A stretch of 64,000 nt of DNA. Origin: Hemiscyllium ocellatum (taxonomy: Eukaryota). The notes under the pieces are model-generated. The model was not told the origin of the DNA and did no database searches. It was given only the letters and a program-made list of their open reading frames with translations. The stretch spans positions 186,001 through 250,000 of the forward strand of contig NW_026867476.1 of the NCBI RefSeq assembly GCF_020745735.1, given 5' to 3'. Numbering within the stretch: position 1 is the stretch's first letter; every line of letters starts with the position of its first letter. Positions 53,210 through 64,000 of this stretch are shown in pieces. A program made the position numbers and the translations under genes.

Positions 53210-53790
53210 GATACCCGGGTTGACAGGGTTGTTAAGAAGACATAGGGTGTGTTGGCTTTTATTTAGAAGGAATGAGATTTGGAGCCACGAAGGCATTCTG
53301 CAATTGTGCAAGTCTGGAGCGGTTGCACTTGGAGCATTACGTACAGTTCTGTTCACTGCATTATTGGGAAGATGTGGAAGCTTCAGAAATGGTTCAGAAG
53401 TGATTTACTAGGATGTTGACTGGCATGGAGGGAAGGTCGTTTGAGGAAAGGCTAAGGGACTTGAGTGTGTTTTCGTTACAGAGAAGAAGGTTGAGAGGTG
53501 ACTTCATTGAGATTTTTAAAATAATGGGAGGGTTGTATGGAGTGGCCTTTTAACTCGGATGGTGGTAGTTCGCACAACAGGGTGATAGATGTTGGACAAA
53601 TGTCAGAAGTCGTTGTTTTATGTAGAGAGTATTGGCGAGGTGGAACACACTAACTACAACAGTAGTAGATTCGCCAACTCTCAGGGTAGTTAACTGGTCA
53701 TTGGATAAACATGTGGATGAAAATTGAAGTGTCAGATAAATAGGCTTCAGATTGGTTCCACCAGTCGGCACAACATCGAGGGTTGACGAG
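53210..53790 (+). mobile_element. CR1 3' fragment
   Basis: FWSP, ERLRDL..FSL..RRLRGDLIE remnants. Confidence 0.75.
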
Positions 53791-54654
53791 ACTCTCCGAC
53801 ACTGGAATATTCTTTGTTCTATAACCCGTGTTGCTGTCTTCACAGTGCAATATTTTATTTTCAGCTCTGACAGTAAATGGTCAAAAATTGATCAAAATCT
53901 ACAGAGTTTGTTCACCAGGAAGAACCCTTTGAAGATACATAAGTTTAGACAGAATGGAGACTGCACATCGACGTGATATACCTGATACAGAACACGAATT
54001 AAAATCCACCAATACACTTTGATATTAAAAAGGTGTGAGTATAACCAGGAGATCGGTGGAGACGAGGAAATAAATGGTACAATCAGGTAGAGCAGATCTT
54101 GTCTGAGAAAATATTATAAGGAGGAATATGCTATCTGTAAGAGATGGAAAAATAGAAAAGCTGAGAAAATCTGCATGAGAACGTGTGAGGACTGGAAAGG
54201 TACTGTTTCGATTCCAAATAGTGTCATCTTTCAGATGTGAAACGAATCCCCTCCATTTCCCAACTTTACATTTGGAAAATTATGACGTGTCTTAAAAATA
54301 TTAATTCTCTTTAGAAATAAAGTCTATCTATCACACAAAAATGTATAATGTTCCAACAGAACAAAAGGAAGCACTGAGAAAAATCAAAGACTCCATTCAG
54401 CAAAGTGAAAGCATAGAAAAATATAAATATGTAACAAAAAGCTCGAAATTATTGGAATATTCTATGGTAAAATAGAGAGTAACTAGTGTAAAACTAATAA
54501 GGAGTATATATAACGACTAATTTATTGTAGCTTCCTCCAAAGCTTGACATGGAATACTTCGCTGTTGTGAGATGTCACATTTGACATTTCTTTGATATTT
54601 ATATCCAATAAAACTGGAGCTGGCACTGTGTCGTGATAGTCCATTATCCAGATG

Positions 54655-55345
54655 TAGGCAGAAATGAGGACTGCAGATCTTGGAAACCAAAGTCTAGATT
54701 AGAGTTGTTCTGGAAAAGCACAGCAGGTCAGGCAGCATTTCGAGGAGCAGGAAGATCGATGTTTCGGGCAAAAGTCCTTCATCAAGATTGAAGGCAGGGG
54801 GCCTCCAGGGTGGAGAGATGAATGGGAGTGGATGGAGCTCGGCAAAAGGTAGCAAAGAGTACAATAGGTGGATGGGGGTTGGGATGAAGGTGATAGGTCA
54901 GAGAAGAGGATGGGGAAGATAGCAAAGAGTACAATCAATGGATGGGACGACGAAGGTGATAGGTCAGAGAGGAGGCTGGAGCGGATAGGTGGGAAGGAAG
55001 ATTGGCAGGTAGGACAGGTCATGAGGATGGTGCTGAGTTGGAAGGTTGGAACTGAGGTAAGGTTGGGGGGAGAAATGAAGAAACTGGTGAAGTCCACATT
55101 AATGCCGTGTGGTTGAAGTGTTCTGAGGCGGAAGATGAGGCTTTCTTCCTTCAGGCGTTGTGTGCTGAGGGATAGGCGGTGGAGGAGGCCCAGGACCTGC
55201 ATGTCCTCGGACGGGAAAAAGAAATGTTGGGCCATGGGGCGGTGGGGTTGATTGTTGCGGGCGTCCTGGAGATGTTCCCGAAAACGCTCTGTGAGAAGTC
55301 ATCCAGTCTCTCCAATGTCGAAGAGACCACATCAGGAGCAACGGA
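54655..55345 (-). mobile_element. PLE 3' fragment (family of 8721-12500)
   Basis: DMQVLGLLHR...LIFRLRTLQPHGINVDF and the characteristic terminus. Confidence 0.88.
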
Positions 55346-57439
55346 TACAATAAATGAAAGAGGTGGATGTCATTATCCAGATTTCATGTGCACATTTCGC
55401 TTGTCCAGTGCAGGCAACCGAATCTTTCTGAATCCACATCTAGTGCATTCTTCCGCAAAGATTTAGCACCAAAATGTAGTGCATAGCGATATATTAGCGA
55501 CAGCTACATGATTCCAAGTCAAAATGCTTAATGGGCTACTCTCAGTAAGTTCTTGTCTCTCTGGGAAATCAGTCAAAAGCAGTAGTAGTGCCTAAAACTA
55601 AAAACGCCCTATGAATAAGAGTGGCTGTTTACATGGAATCTCAAATTTTCTGAGTAATTCTGTTCGCACCACCATCCACGAGTGTCTGATTCTACTTTAT
55701 ATGGTCACCAGTTTCCTGGCACGAGTCATCCACTTTTCAACACAGAAGTCAAGTAATGTGAGCAGTTGTAATTCACAAAAATAAATACCCACTCCGCTTT
55801 GGAGCAAATTGCAAATAGAAATAATCACTGGAATTCTCAAATATATGTGTCATGGAAACAATTACATCTCTGATCTTAGATAAAACGCTAACATTTGCAG
55901 TTCCCTGATGCAAATCGAGGCCCACTTTTGCTTTGACAATTTAATTACATGTGGATCGCAGAATTTACTCTTGTCATCTTCCATGATACATGATATTTTA
56001 TTATATTTTTACACTTCTTCCAATTCTGTTTTTATATCAATCAATAGTCTCCAATTGTGCGGCTTATACCTTCGAAGCCTCACTCTCCAATTGTTGTTTT
56101 TCTTTAGTTCTGAGTCCCCATGGTTCCAAACTCCTGTATATGTTTCTCACACTGAACCGTCACCTCAGTCCCCCCACGTCACGATGGTTAATATGATCAT
56201 CTTTACCTAAATTTCTAACGCTTTATTTCCTACTGTTTAATTCCCTGTGCTTCTGTCAGCTTTTTGTCCACTGACTCCCTTTACTTTTACTCTCTTAGTC
56301 TCAATCATTTCTTGCCTGAATCTACATACGCAAAGAAACAAGTATTTATCACTTTGCTCCACAAGATGGCAGTCTGACGATCCTATCCTACAGGGATCCT
56401 TGACCAACACAGTCCATAATTTGCTGATCATTGCCTTAGTAGAAGGAATCTTGTCAATCATAAACAGCCAGTGCAATTAAGTAATGTCTATCCGAGCTCA
56501 GTCACAACAACAGGCTCCTTAAAGTAAATTCATTGACATCAATGCATCATTTGTAAATTCAATGACACTGTTCACTTACTTCATAGACTCTGCCTAAATA
56601 TAGGAAGATAATTGATTGAGAGGGCCGAACAGACACGGCGTATGTACTTGCTCCCGCATTGCAGCTTCTTTAAATAGAAAGAATTGTTAATGTCAAATGT
56701 GCTTCAACACCACGTACAGAACTATAGCAAAACGAAATATTCACCTTTGATGCTTGGAACTGGATTTGACCGTAGCTTCAATGGAAGTGAAGTTCACTGC
56801 CTTGAATGTGCTTCACCAGTAATACAACAGGTACTGCAGAGGCTTTTCTTATTGGATGAGATAAATGAGATATCTGTCTCAAAGCCTTGTGCCAGTGAGA
56901 ACGTGTAAACTACTTGGATTGATCAATTACTCTGGGTAAAGGCACACATCTTCCTTGTGATCAAAATCACACTTTTGATTAAACACTCGATTCAATCACA
57001 ATTAAACCAATTCGCCAATGATATAAATCAAAGAACTGCTGATGCTGGAGATCTGAGCAAAATCAGAAATTTATGGAAAAACTCAGCAGGTCCGACAAAA
57101 CAGTTTTAAACAGATGGTTAACATTTTTAGTCGAATGACCCTTCGTCAGTGCAGAACACTTGACTCGAAACGTTCATTCTCTGTTTTCTTCTCTCTCGTA
57201 ATATTCCTGATCCACAACTTTCATGGACCAGCAAAATGCAGGGAAATAAATGGCAACTTCCACGGCTTTGATTTCAGGTGAATATTTTCTGTAAGGATGA
57301 ATTCGCCATAAATACAGATGTCTTCTACTTTGTAGCCACTGTTACTGGGGCGACTGTACTGTCCCAATCGCAGCAGATGCTTCCCCAGGAGGCGGAATCA
57401 ATTGAAATTGAGGAAAATGCTTGTGTTTTGTTATAGTAA

Positions 57440-58320
57440 AAAGTCAGGTCTGCAGATGCTGGAGATCAGAGCAGAAAATGTGTTGCTGGTTAAAGCACAG
57501 CAGGTTAGGCAGCATCCAAGGAACAGGAAATTCGACGTTTCAGGCCAGAGCCCTTCATCAGGAATGACGAGAGGGTACCAGGCAGGCTAAGATAAAAAGT
57601 AGGGGGGAGGGACTTGGGGGAGGGGCGATGGAGATGTGATAGGTGGAAGGAGGTCAAGGTGAGGGTGATAAGGCGGAGTGGGGTGGGGCGGAGGGTCAGG
57701 AAGAGGATTGCAGGTTAGGAGGGCGGTGCTGAGTTCAAGGGAATCGACTGAGACAAGGTGGGGAGGGAAATGAGGAAACTGGAGAAATCTGAGTTCATCC
57801 CTTGTGGCTGGAGGGTTCCCAGGCGGAAGATGAGGCGCTCTTCCTCCAACCATCGTGTTGTTATGTTCTGGCGATGGAGGAGTCCAAGGACCTGAATGTC
57901 TTCGGTGGAGTGGGAGGGAGAGTTAAAGTGTTGAGCCAAGGGGTGGTTGGGTTGGTTGGTCCGGGCATCCCAGAGGTGTACCCTGAAGCGTTCTGCAAGT
58001 AGGCGGCCCGTCTCCCCAATATAGAGGAGGCCACATCGGGTGCAGCAGATGCAATAGATGATGTGTGTCGAGGTGCAGGTGAATTTGTGGCGGATATGGA
58101 AGGATCCCTTGGGGCCTTGGAGAGAAGTAAGGGAGGAGTTGTGGGCGCAAGTTTTGCATTGCTTGCTGTTGCAGGGGAAGGTGCCGGGAGTGGAGGTTTG
58201 GTTGGTGGGGGTTGTGGACCTGACAAGGGAGTCACAGAGGGAGTGGTCTTTTCAGAACGCTGATAGGGAAGGGGAGGGAAATATATCCCTGGTGGTGGGG
58301 TGACGGAAATGACGACGGAT
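57440..58320 (-). mobile_element. PLE 3' fragment (GIY-YIG + 3' UTR), well preserved
   Basis: Closely similar to 36780-37690; LLYIGETGRLLAE motif. Confidence 0.92.
57530..57565 (-). ncRNA. Minimal type I hammerhead ribozyme candidate
   Basis: attc-CTGATGA-A-GGGC-tctg-GCCT-GAAA-CGTC-gaat. Confidence 0.7.
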
Positions 58321-59192
58321 GATATGATGTATATGGAGGTTGTACCTTCTCCTATCTCTATTAGGTGCTGCTAATAAGCAGTGACCTGTGAAAATATTTT
58401 TCTGGTGTATGTCCTGCGCAGACGATTATCAGGACTCACCACTCTGCAAACAGAGAAGGATTCGGGACATTGTGTGGGAACGTCACCATCTAATTTCAAC
58501 AACTAAACGTTGGCAGTTAAACTACTTACTTCGTGATGTGGAGCAACCGGTGTTTGACTGGGGTGAACAAAGTTTAAAATCACACAATTCCAGCAAATAA
58601 TCCAACATGTTTATCTGGAAGCACTTGCTTTCGGAGGGCTGTTCTGCCATCAGTTAGCTGTGGCACATGACCATATGGGCGAACGTGAGGACTGCAGATG
58701 CTGGAGATTTGAATCCAGAGTTTGGTGCTGGAAAAGCACAGCATGACAGGCATCTGCAGCACAGAAGGTATGACCCTTCATCCGGAATTGGCCCTGCTCC
58801 ACACCTACCTGATGAAGAAGCAGCATTCCAAAAGCTAGTGCTTCCTAATAAATCTGTTGGACTATAACGTGGTATTGTGAGACCATGTAATTAATTCATG
58901 TCATTAAATGGACAGGATGTCTGTCTGCCGAGTTAGAGGGCAAATTGTCTGTCAGGTCAGATCGAGAAAAAAACCATCTGTCAAGTCAATTAGACATCAA
59001 GCTCTTTATTGAGTAAGTTAGAGATCCATTTGTTTCTGCTTTCAGTGAATGATTCAACCTTCTCTTGGGTCAGTCAAGAACAATATACCTATATTTAGAC
59101 ATGCTTTTTTCCATAAATCGCAGTCTACCATTCATGTCTCTCTTGTCTGAAATAAGCATCGAAATTCAGCTTATCATACTGCATGATTCATA

Positions 59193-59225
59193 GGAAGTGA
59201 CATCAAATCCATCGCAGCCAATGAG
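59193..59225 (+). promoter_or_regulatory. TCR V promoter: Ets/CRE-like decamer and CCAAT box
   Basis: GGAAGTGACATCA (AGTGACATCA at 59196-59205) about 95 nt upstream of the leader ATG, followed by GCCAATGAG. Confidence 0.7.
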
Positions 59226-59299
59226 ACCAGCTTTTCTTCTCCGAGGTTTTGCAGATTTCTGTGGCACAGAAAGGTCTCTCGCATTCCAGAGCAATAGCA

Positions 59300-60288
59300 A
59301 TGCATCTCGCCCTTTTCTCTGTCATCTGGATTATTTACATTTTTGGTAAGGATTTAAACTTTAAAAGATGGATTAATGTCTGAAGAATAAAATCGTGAAA
59401 CAGTGCACTCACATAAGGCAAGTATCGGAGCTGGAATGGAACACACTTGGTTTATGGTGTGCACTTCTGGCCTTTCTCTTACACGAGGAATGAAGGGACA
59501 GAAAGCAAAGCATAAACAGATTTATGGATACAGTGATGGAAAGGAGAGATTACAAACTGACAGGAAACAATGTGAAGGCTTGGTGTCCTTTCTCTCTTAC
59601 CACAAAGTCTAAGGGTAACTTAAATGTTGTCAGTACACAGATGAAAACATTTAGATTCTGGACTTGGATAGGAAGTTTAGCTAGATATCAGTTAAAATGT
59701 GCTTGGCATTCCACAATGAATGTCTAGAGTTCACAAGATGATGTATTTAAGAAGAGACCAGATGAAAGGGATGCAGAGAAAAGTGTGAAGAGCTTTCTTA
59801 AGGGAATGAGAGGAGAGAAGAGGAAGGATTCTTGTGTCCATTATGCACATGGACATGGGCGCAATCTATCAAATCAGCTCTTTCTACTCTAATTTCTATA
59901 CCGTATTTTAGGAAACAACGTGAATTTCCAAATGTGGTTTGTTCATTCGAATACTTAACTGTTAATTTCTCACCTGTGTTCCAGACCTGAACAATGGAGA
60001 TTCTGTTACTCAGCGTGAGCTTTCTCTCACACGGACAGAGGGAGAAGATGCCTATTTAAACTGTACCTACACTGACGATGCTGATTACTTGTTCTGGTAC
60101 CGCCAGTCCCCAGACAGACAGCCTGAGTTCGCAGTCCGGAGGCTTACGAGTGGCGGTGCAGTAAAGAAAGCGGATTTTGCTCAGGCCCGGTTTTCTGATG
60201 AAATCCAACAGTTGGAAAAATTGTACCAATTGAAAACCTCAGGGCTGCTACTGTCTGACACCGCCGTTTACTTCTGTGCAATGAGGCT
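59300..60288 (+). CDS. TCR alpha/delta-type V gene segment, apparently functional (leader 59300-59345, intron 59346-59984, V exon 59985-60288)
   Basis: Leader MHLALFSVIWIIYIF with phase-1 GTAAGG donor; DSVTQ..AYLNCTY..LFWYRQ..DTAVYFCAMR with no stops. Confidence 0.93.
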
Positions 60289-60327
60289 CACAACGATGCA
60301 AGACAGTGAAAGACTCGTACAATAACT
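60289..60327 (+). other. RSS (23-nt spacer)
   Basis: CACAACG + 23 nt + ACAATAACT. Confidence 0.85.
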
Positions 60328-61297
60328 GCTGTAGCCTGTTGACGGTTGAACATAACAGCGAGTCATACACTGATATTTCGGTGTATTTGACTGAGGGGAA
60401 ATACCCAGAGGACAATCCAGGTAAACACCATTTCAAGTTGGTCATAGCGAATAGTATTCTGATTATTATATTGAACTCGAGTGGACCGAATTGGTTGCTG
60501 TTTATTTGGGAACTCCCTACTGACACTCTTCGAGAATACAAGCTCTGCAATCTGCCTGGCACTACCCAAATCCGTTTACCACTATTTTGGGGGATAATTC
60601 ATAATTTTTCGACGTGAGATTCCAGGATGTAGTGTGAACAGCAGACCGCCAAGTGATGAAATTCCCAATAATTTCAGTAACCTGATTAAACACCGTTCAA
60701 TGTTAAAAATATACATGTTAAAGAACAAAAATCCATATATATAACACAGTAAACGGGGATATTTTCAGGATATAACGAGAGGATAATGAACAATGATATT
60801 AATAGCAATAATCTGAAAGGACAGGCGTTACCACTCTTGGTCAGAACACGTTATGAATATGAAACCTCAATTGAAATAAAAATAAAAACGTTAGGGAACA
60901 TCAGAAAGGCTTTTATATATCTGAATTCAACAGGAATGGATGTAAGCGAATAAAGATTGTTTTTTATGTTTCTTACCGATTCAGTGATGCATTCCTTTTT
61001 CTGTTAAATAGTCATGAATGACTGGAAGAGGAAGTTAATTCATATATTGCAGAAAGTTCGTCTGTCACAATAGTTTAATGTATAAAATGGCAGAAATTCC
61101 TTAGCCACATTTTGAATGATGTTCAGAGGTACACTCTCTCTAATGCTACACATTTGTTTTTCTGTTGTTAAATATTCGGAAATGTCTCAATTCAGTTCGT
61201 TTGAAAATGAGGTTAAGGAAATCCTGATTTCTCTGCACGCTGCAAGGCCCATGCATCTTCCACTTCTCATTCCGTTCATTTTGTACCATTATAGCAA

Positions 61298-61639
61298 TGT
61301 TTTTGTCCAATGCTCCCTCTGGTTCCTGTTACTCTGTCTCTTAATAATACACGCCGCTGGCCAATAGCCGCAGCTCAACAACAGCGAAACTTCCCTCACT
61401 GTTTGAGGTGTCCAGTGATCCAAAAAATCGAGTTGTCACAACTCAAAACTTCCTCTGATGGCATTTTGATAGTCAGTGATATAGATTAAGAAAATCGGAG
61501 ATTTACCAGGTTCCTGACAGTAGAATTGCAAGATATACATATTAACTGCTGTCAAACAACTGAAACGAACAATCACTGAATCTCCTTCAAGTTGTGTCAT
61601 GGTAACCAGCTTCTGAGTTCGGATCTGCAAAATTAACAC
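61298..61639 (-). pseudogene. TCR V pseudogene with inactivated RSS
   Basis: MTQLEGDSVIVRFSC..QFYCQEPGKSPIFLIYI...SGVYY*. The heptamer is CAGAGTA (CAC mutated), followed by 23 nt and ACAAAAACA. Confidence 0.85.
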
Positions 61640-62382
61640 CTGCAGTGATATAGCAAGTAAATGGTATTGAAATGACGATTCTAATCAAGACTCACGATCA
61701 AAGGGTATGTTGTTAGACACAGAAACACAACTAAAATGAAGATTTCTATGGCCAAGGGTAAACATGAATATGAATAGTTGACATGAAGATTGGTTGGAAC
61801 AAAACGAAGCACAATTGTTTCAACTGAAACAAAAAAAAATGTGTCTTTTCCGATCTCCATCCCGATTGAATGATCTTTGTCACAGTCATCAGTCATCACC
61901 CAAGCGGCTTCAGATCCTTTGTTCTCGATTCATGACATCAAAGAGCTGGCACATGAACACAGATTGCGAGCTGGAGGAGGCCATTTTGCGCATCGAATTT
62001 GCTCCACTCGTGAAAAAGAACATAGTTGATCAACCTCGCTTCTGGACAAATCCCAAACCACTTCCGTCTTTTAACGCACACTAGTCTATCAATGTAAGTT
62101 CCAAATATACACAAAACTATGGAAAAAAAAGAAAATTCTGATGACCGAATGAAGCCAAAACGACCATTGACTTCAATTCTGGTCTTTGGCAGACTCAATC
62201 TGGGACATTGATAGGTAATAGTTAATGTTGTGGCATCAGGACGCTCTTCAGTGATCATGAACCACTCACACAACAATTCTATCACAGGAATCCACTGGAG
62301 TATCTGTGTGTGACCCGCTGTTACAAGCTCCCCTGAAAATGCGGTAGGTGTCAGCCAGAAGCCAATTGTATCAGCCATTCGT

Positions 62383-62681
62383 TCCAAGCACATAACAAAT
62401 CACGGTATCAGATTGCAGCAGCTACAAGATGGGCAATTGGTACTACTTCTCTGACTGCAAGAGAGCATCAATAGACCGAGCTTCAATGAAACCTGCGTTG
62501 AATTCAGTAGCAAGGCTTTTCTTCATCCAAACTGTGAACTCAGGCTGTTTGCCCAGTTACTGACAGCACCAGTTGAAAGAGTACATATCATCGATGCAGG
62601 TTAAGTTGACAGTAACATCGCCTGAGTCGGTTTGTGTGATCGAGGGATACCGCTGAGTGACAGAAATTCCATCATTCAGAT
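62383..62681 (-). pseudogene. TCR V pseudogene related to the V at 59985-60288
   Basis: DGISVTQRYPSITQTDSGDVTVNLTCIDDMYSFNWCCQ*LGKQPEF...QSDTVIC; acceptor AG mutated to AT; RSS decayed. Confidence 0.8.
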
Positions 62682-64000
62682 ATGGAACGCAAATACTGAG
62701 AAATTGGAAACCAGCAATTAAATGTTCGAGTGAACCGAACTGAAGGAGTCATTCACAGTGTTACCAAAATAATAGATTGGATTTAGAAGGGAAAAACAAT
62801 CTCATTCGGCCCTGATTTAAATTTAAATAGCAATTCCAGGTAGGACACTGTCTAGCTGAAATATATAAAATGCAAAACCTCATTGAAAATGTTGTTTCAA
62901 CATAGGTATGGATCTGGATATTTTTGTCTCTCACCGTTTTCTCTTGTGTGAATTTTCCAAATGCAAACGAATTTCTGAATGCAAATAGCATATGCGTTCT
63001 TAACCTGCTGATTCAACCTAATGAGAGGCGCTTCAATCCAGAAAAACAGCAGCAACAGGTATGTGGGAAAACTGTCACGTTCAAGGCATCCTGCAGGCAT
63101 ACAGCACTGTGAGTTGGAAGTATATTTCTGTTTATTCTTTGTCGCTCCGTCTAAATTCTGGAACTCAATCCACATTGCCATCGCAATTGTACCGAGTGCC
63201 AAGGAGTTCAAGATTTTAAGAAGTGACTCATTATTTCTACCCTGAGGTAATGAGTCTTCGACAACAAATCCTATCCCAGTGAGCAACATTCATATTGAAG
63301 GATTCAGTTTAGTTTTTAAAAAAATGCAGTTCCAAATCAGAGATCTGGAAACGACCATGTGCAAGATCAGAGACAGAGCAAGGAAGTGAGAAAAAAAATG
63401 AAAGGCAATGATAACTGAGAGGCATGAGGCCGGATGTGAGTGTACCGCCGGTGTTTTCAGCCTCACTGAAAGTGACAATTGGTCAGACTTTACTATGCAT
63501 TGTTTGCAAAGACTCAGAAATCACTCCTAATCAATTAACCAAATTGGCTCTCTGTTTTTTTTATGATGCTCTCTCTTGGTTTATTAATGTGCTTAATGGC
63601 CTCCAAGAGGGCGAGAGTATCCACACATTCTCTTCTTTTTATGATGCTCCCTCTTGGGGAATTGACGGGGTAAATGGTTCTCATTTTATGAGGGCATCTC
63701 CTCATCCTGTTAGCTTAACAGATCAAAATATCACTTTTAAACCAAAGCAATTGGAGATTGCATCTTTCTGTGCGTATTCACTGGTGACTGTTCAGAGTGA
63801 ATGTTGCGTTTTTATTCAAAAGTCGAATATAATTGACATTCTCACTCAACAAAATTGCAACAGAAAAAAATACTTATCTCCTATGACAAACTGTCCTAGG
63901 AAATTGGCAGAAACAGCCCAATGGTGGCACTGTGCCTTGCTTGGAGCTTGGCTACTAAACAGGCAATCCAGTGTTCAAATCCCAGAAGTGCCTCTGCCTG

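Noticed and set aside
59843-59919. Proximal leader candidate for the V at 59985
   Set aside because: Wrong phase or no in-frame ATG; a clean leader with promoter motifs exists at 59300-59345.
63070-63350. Possible decayed V ending in CACAGTG on the minus strand
   Set aside because: No nonamer at 22-23 nt and motifs are scattered over different frames; cannot be supported by eye.

Overview
Eukaryotic, repeat-rich DNA from a cartilaginous fish, most likely a shark (inferred from the HE1-like SINE, abundant Penelope/CR1 families and the GPR139-like receptor). The window is part of a T-cell receptor alpha/delta-type V-segment array. It holds five apparently functional V genes (13887+, 20652+, 30018-, 32843-, 59300+) from divergent families, each with a leader, canonical Cys/Trp/Cys residues and a 22/23-bp-spacer RSS. 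There are also at least five V pseudogenes and further relics, in both orientations. I found no D, J or C segments. A GPR139/142-like GPCR terminal exon starts the window, and a decayed paralog lies inside the array. The rest is Penelope-like elements (PLEs) with hammerhead-ribozyme motifs, CR1/L2 LINE fragments, tRNA-derived SINEs and a decayed Gmr1-type Gypsy element (integrase before RT). The most unusual observations are an intronless leader-V gene that keeps its RSS, a V with an open frame and canonical-heptamer RSS but both canonical cysteines lost, a two-phase 37/44-bp tandem reiteration at the 5' end of a PLE, and a palindromic double-hammerhead mini-element with a 16-bp target-site duplication. 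All analysis was done by eye and TE boundaries are approximate.
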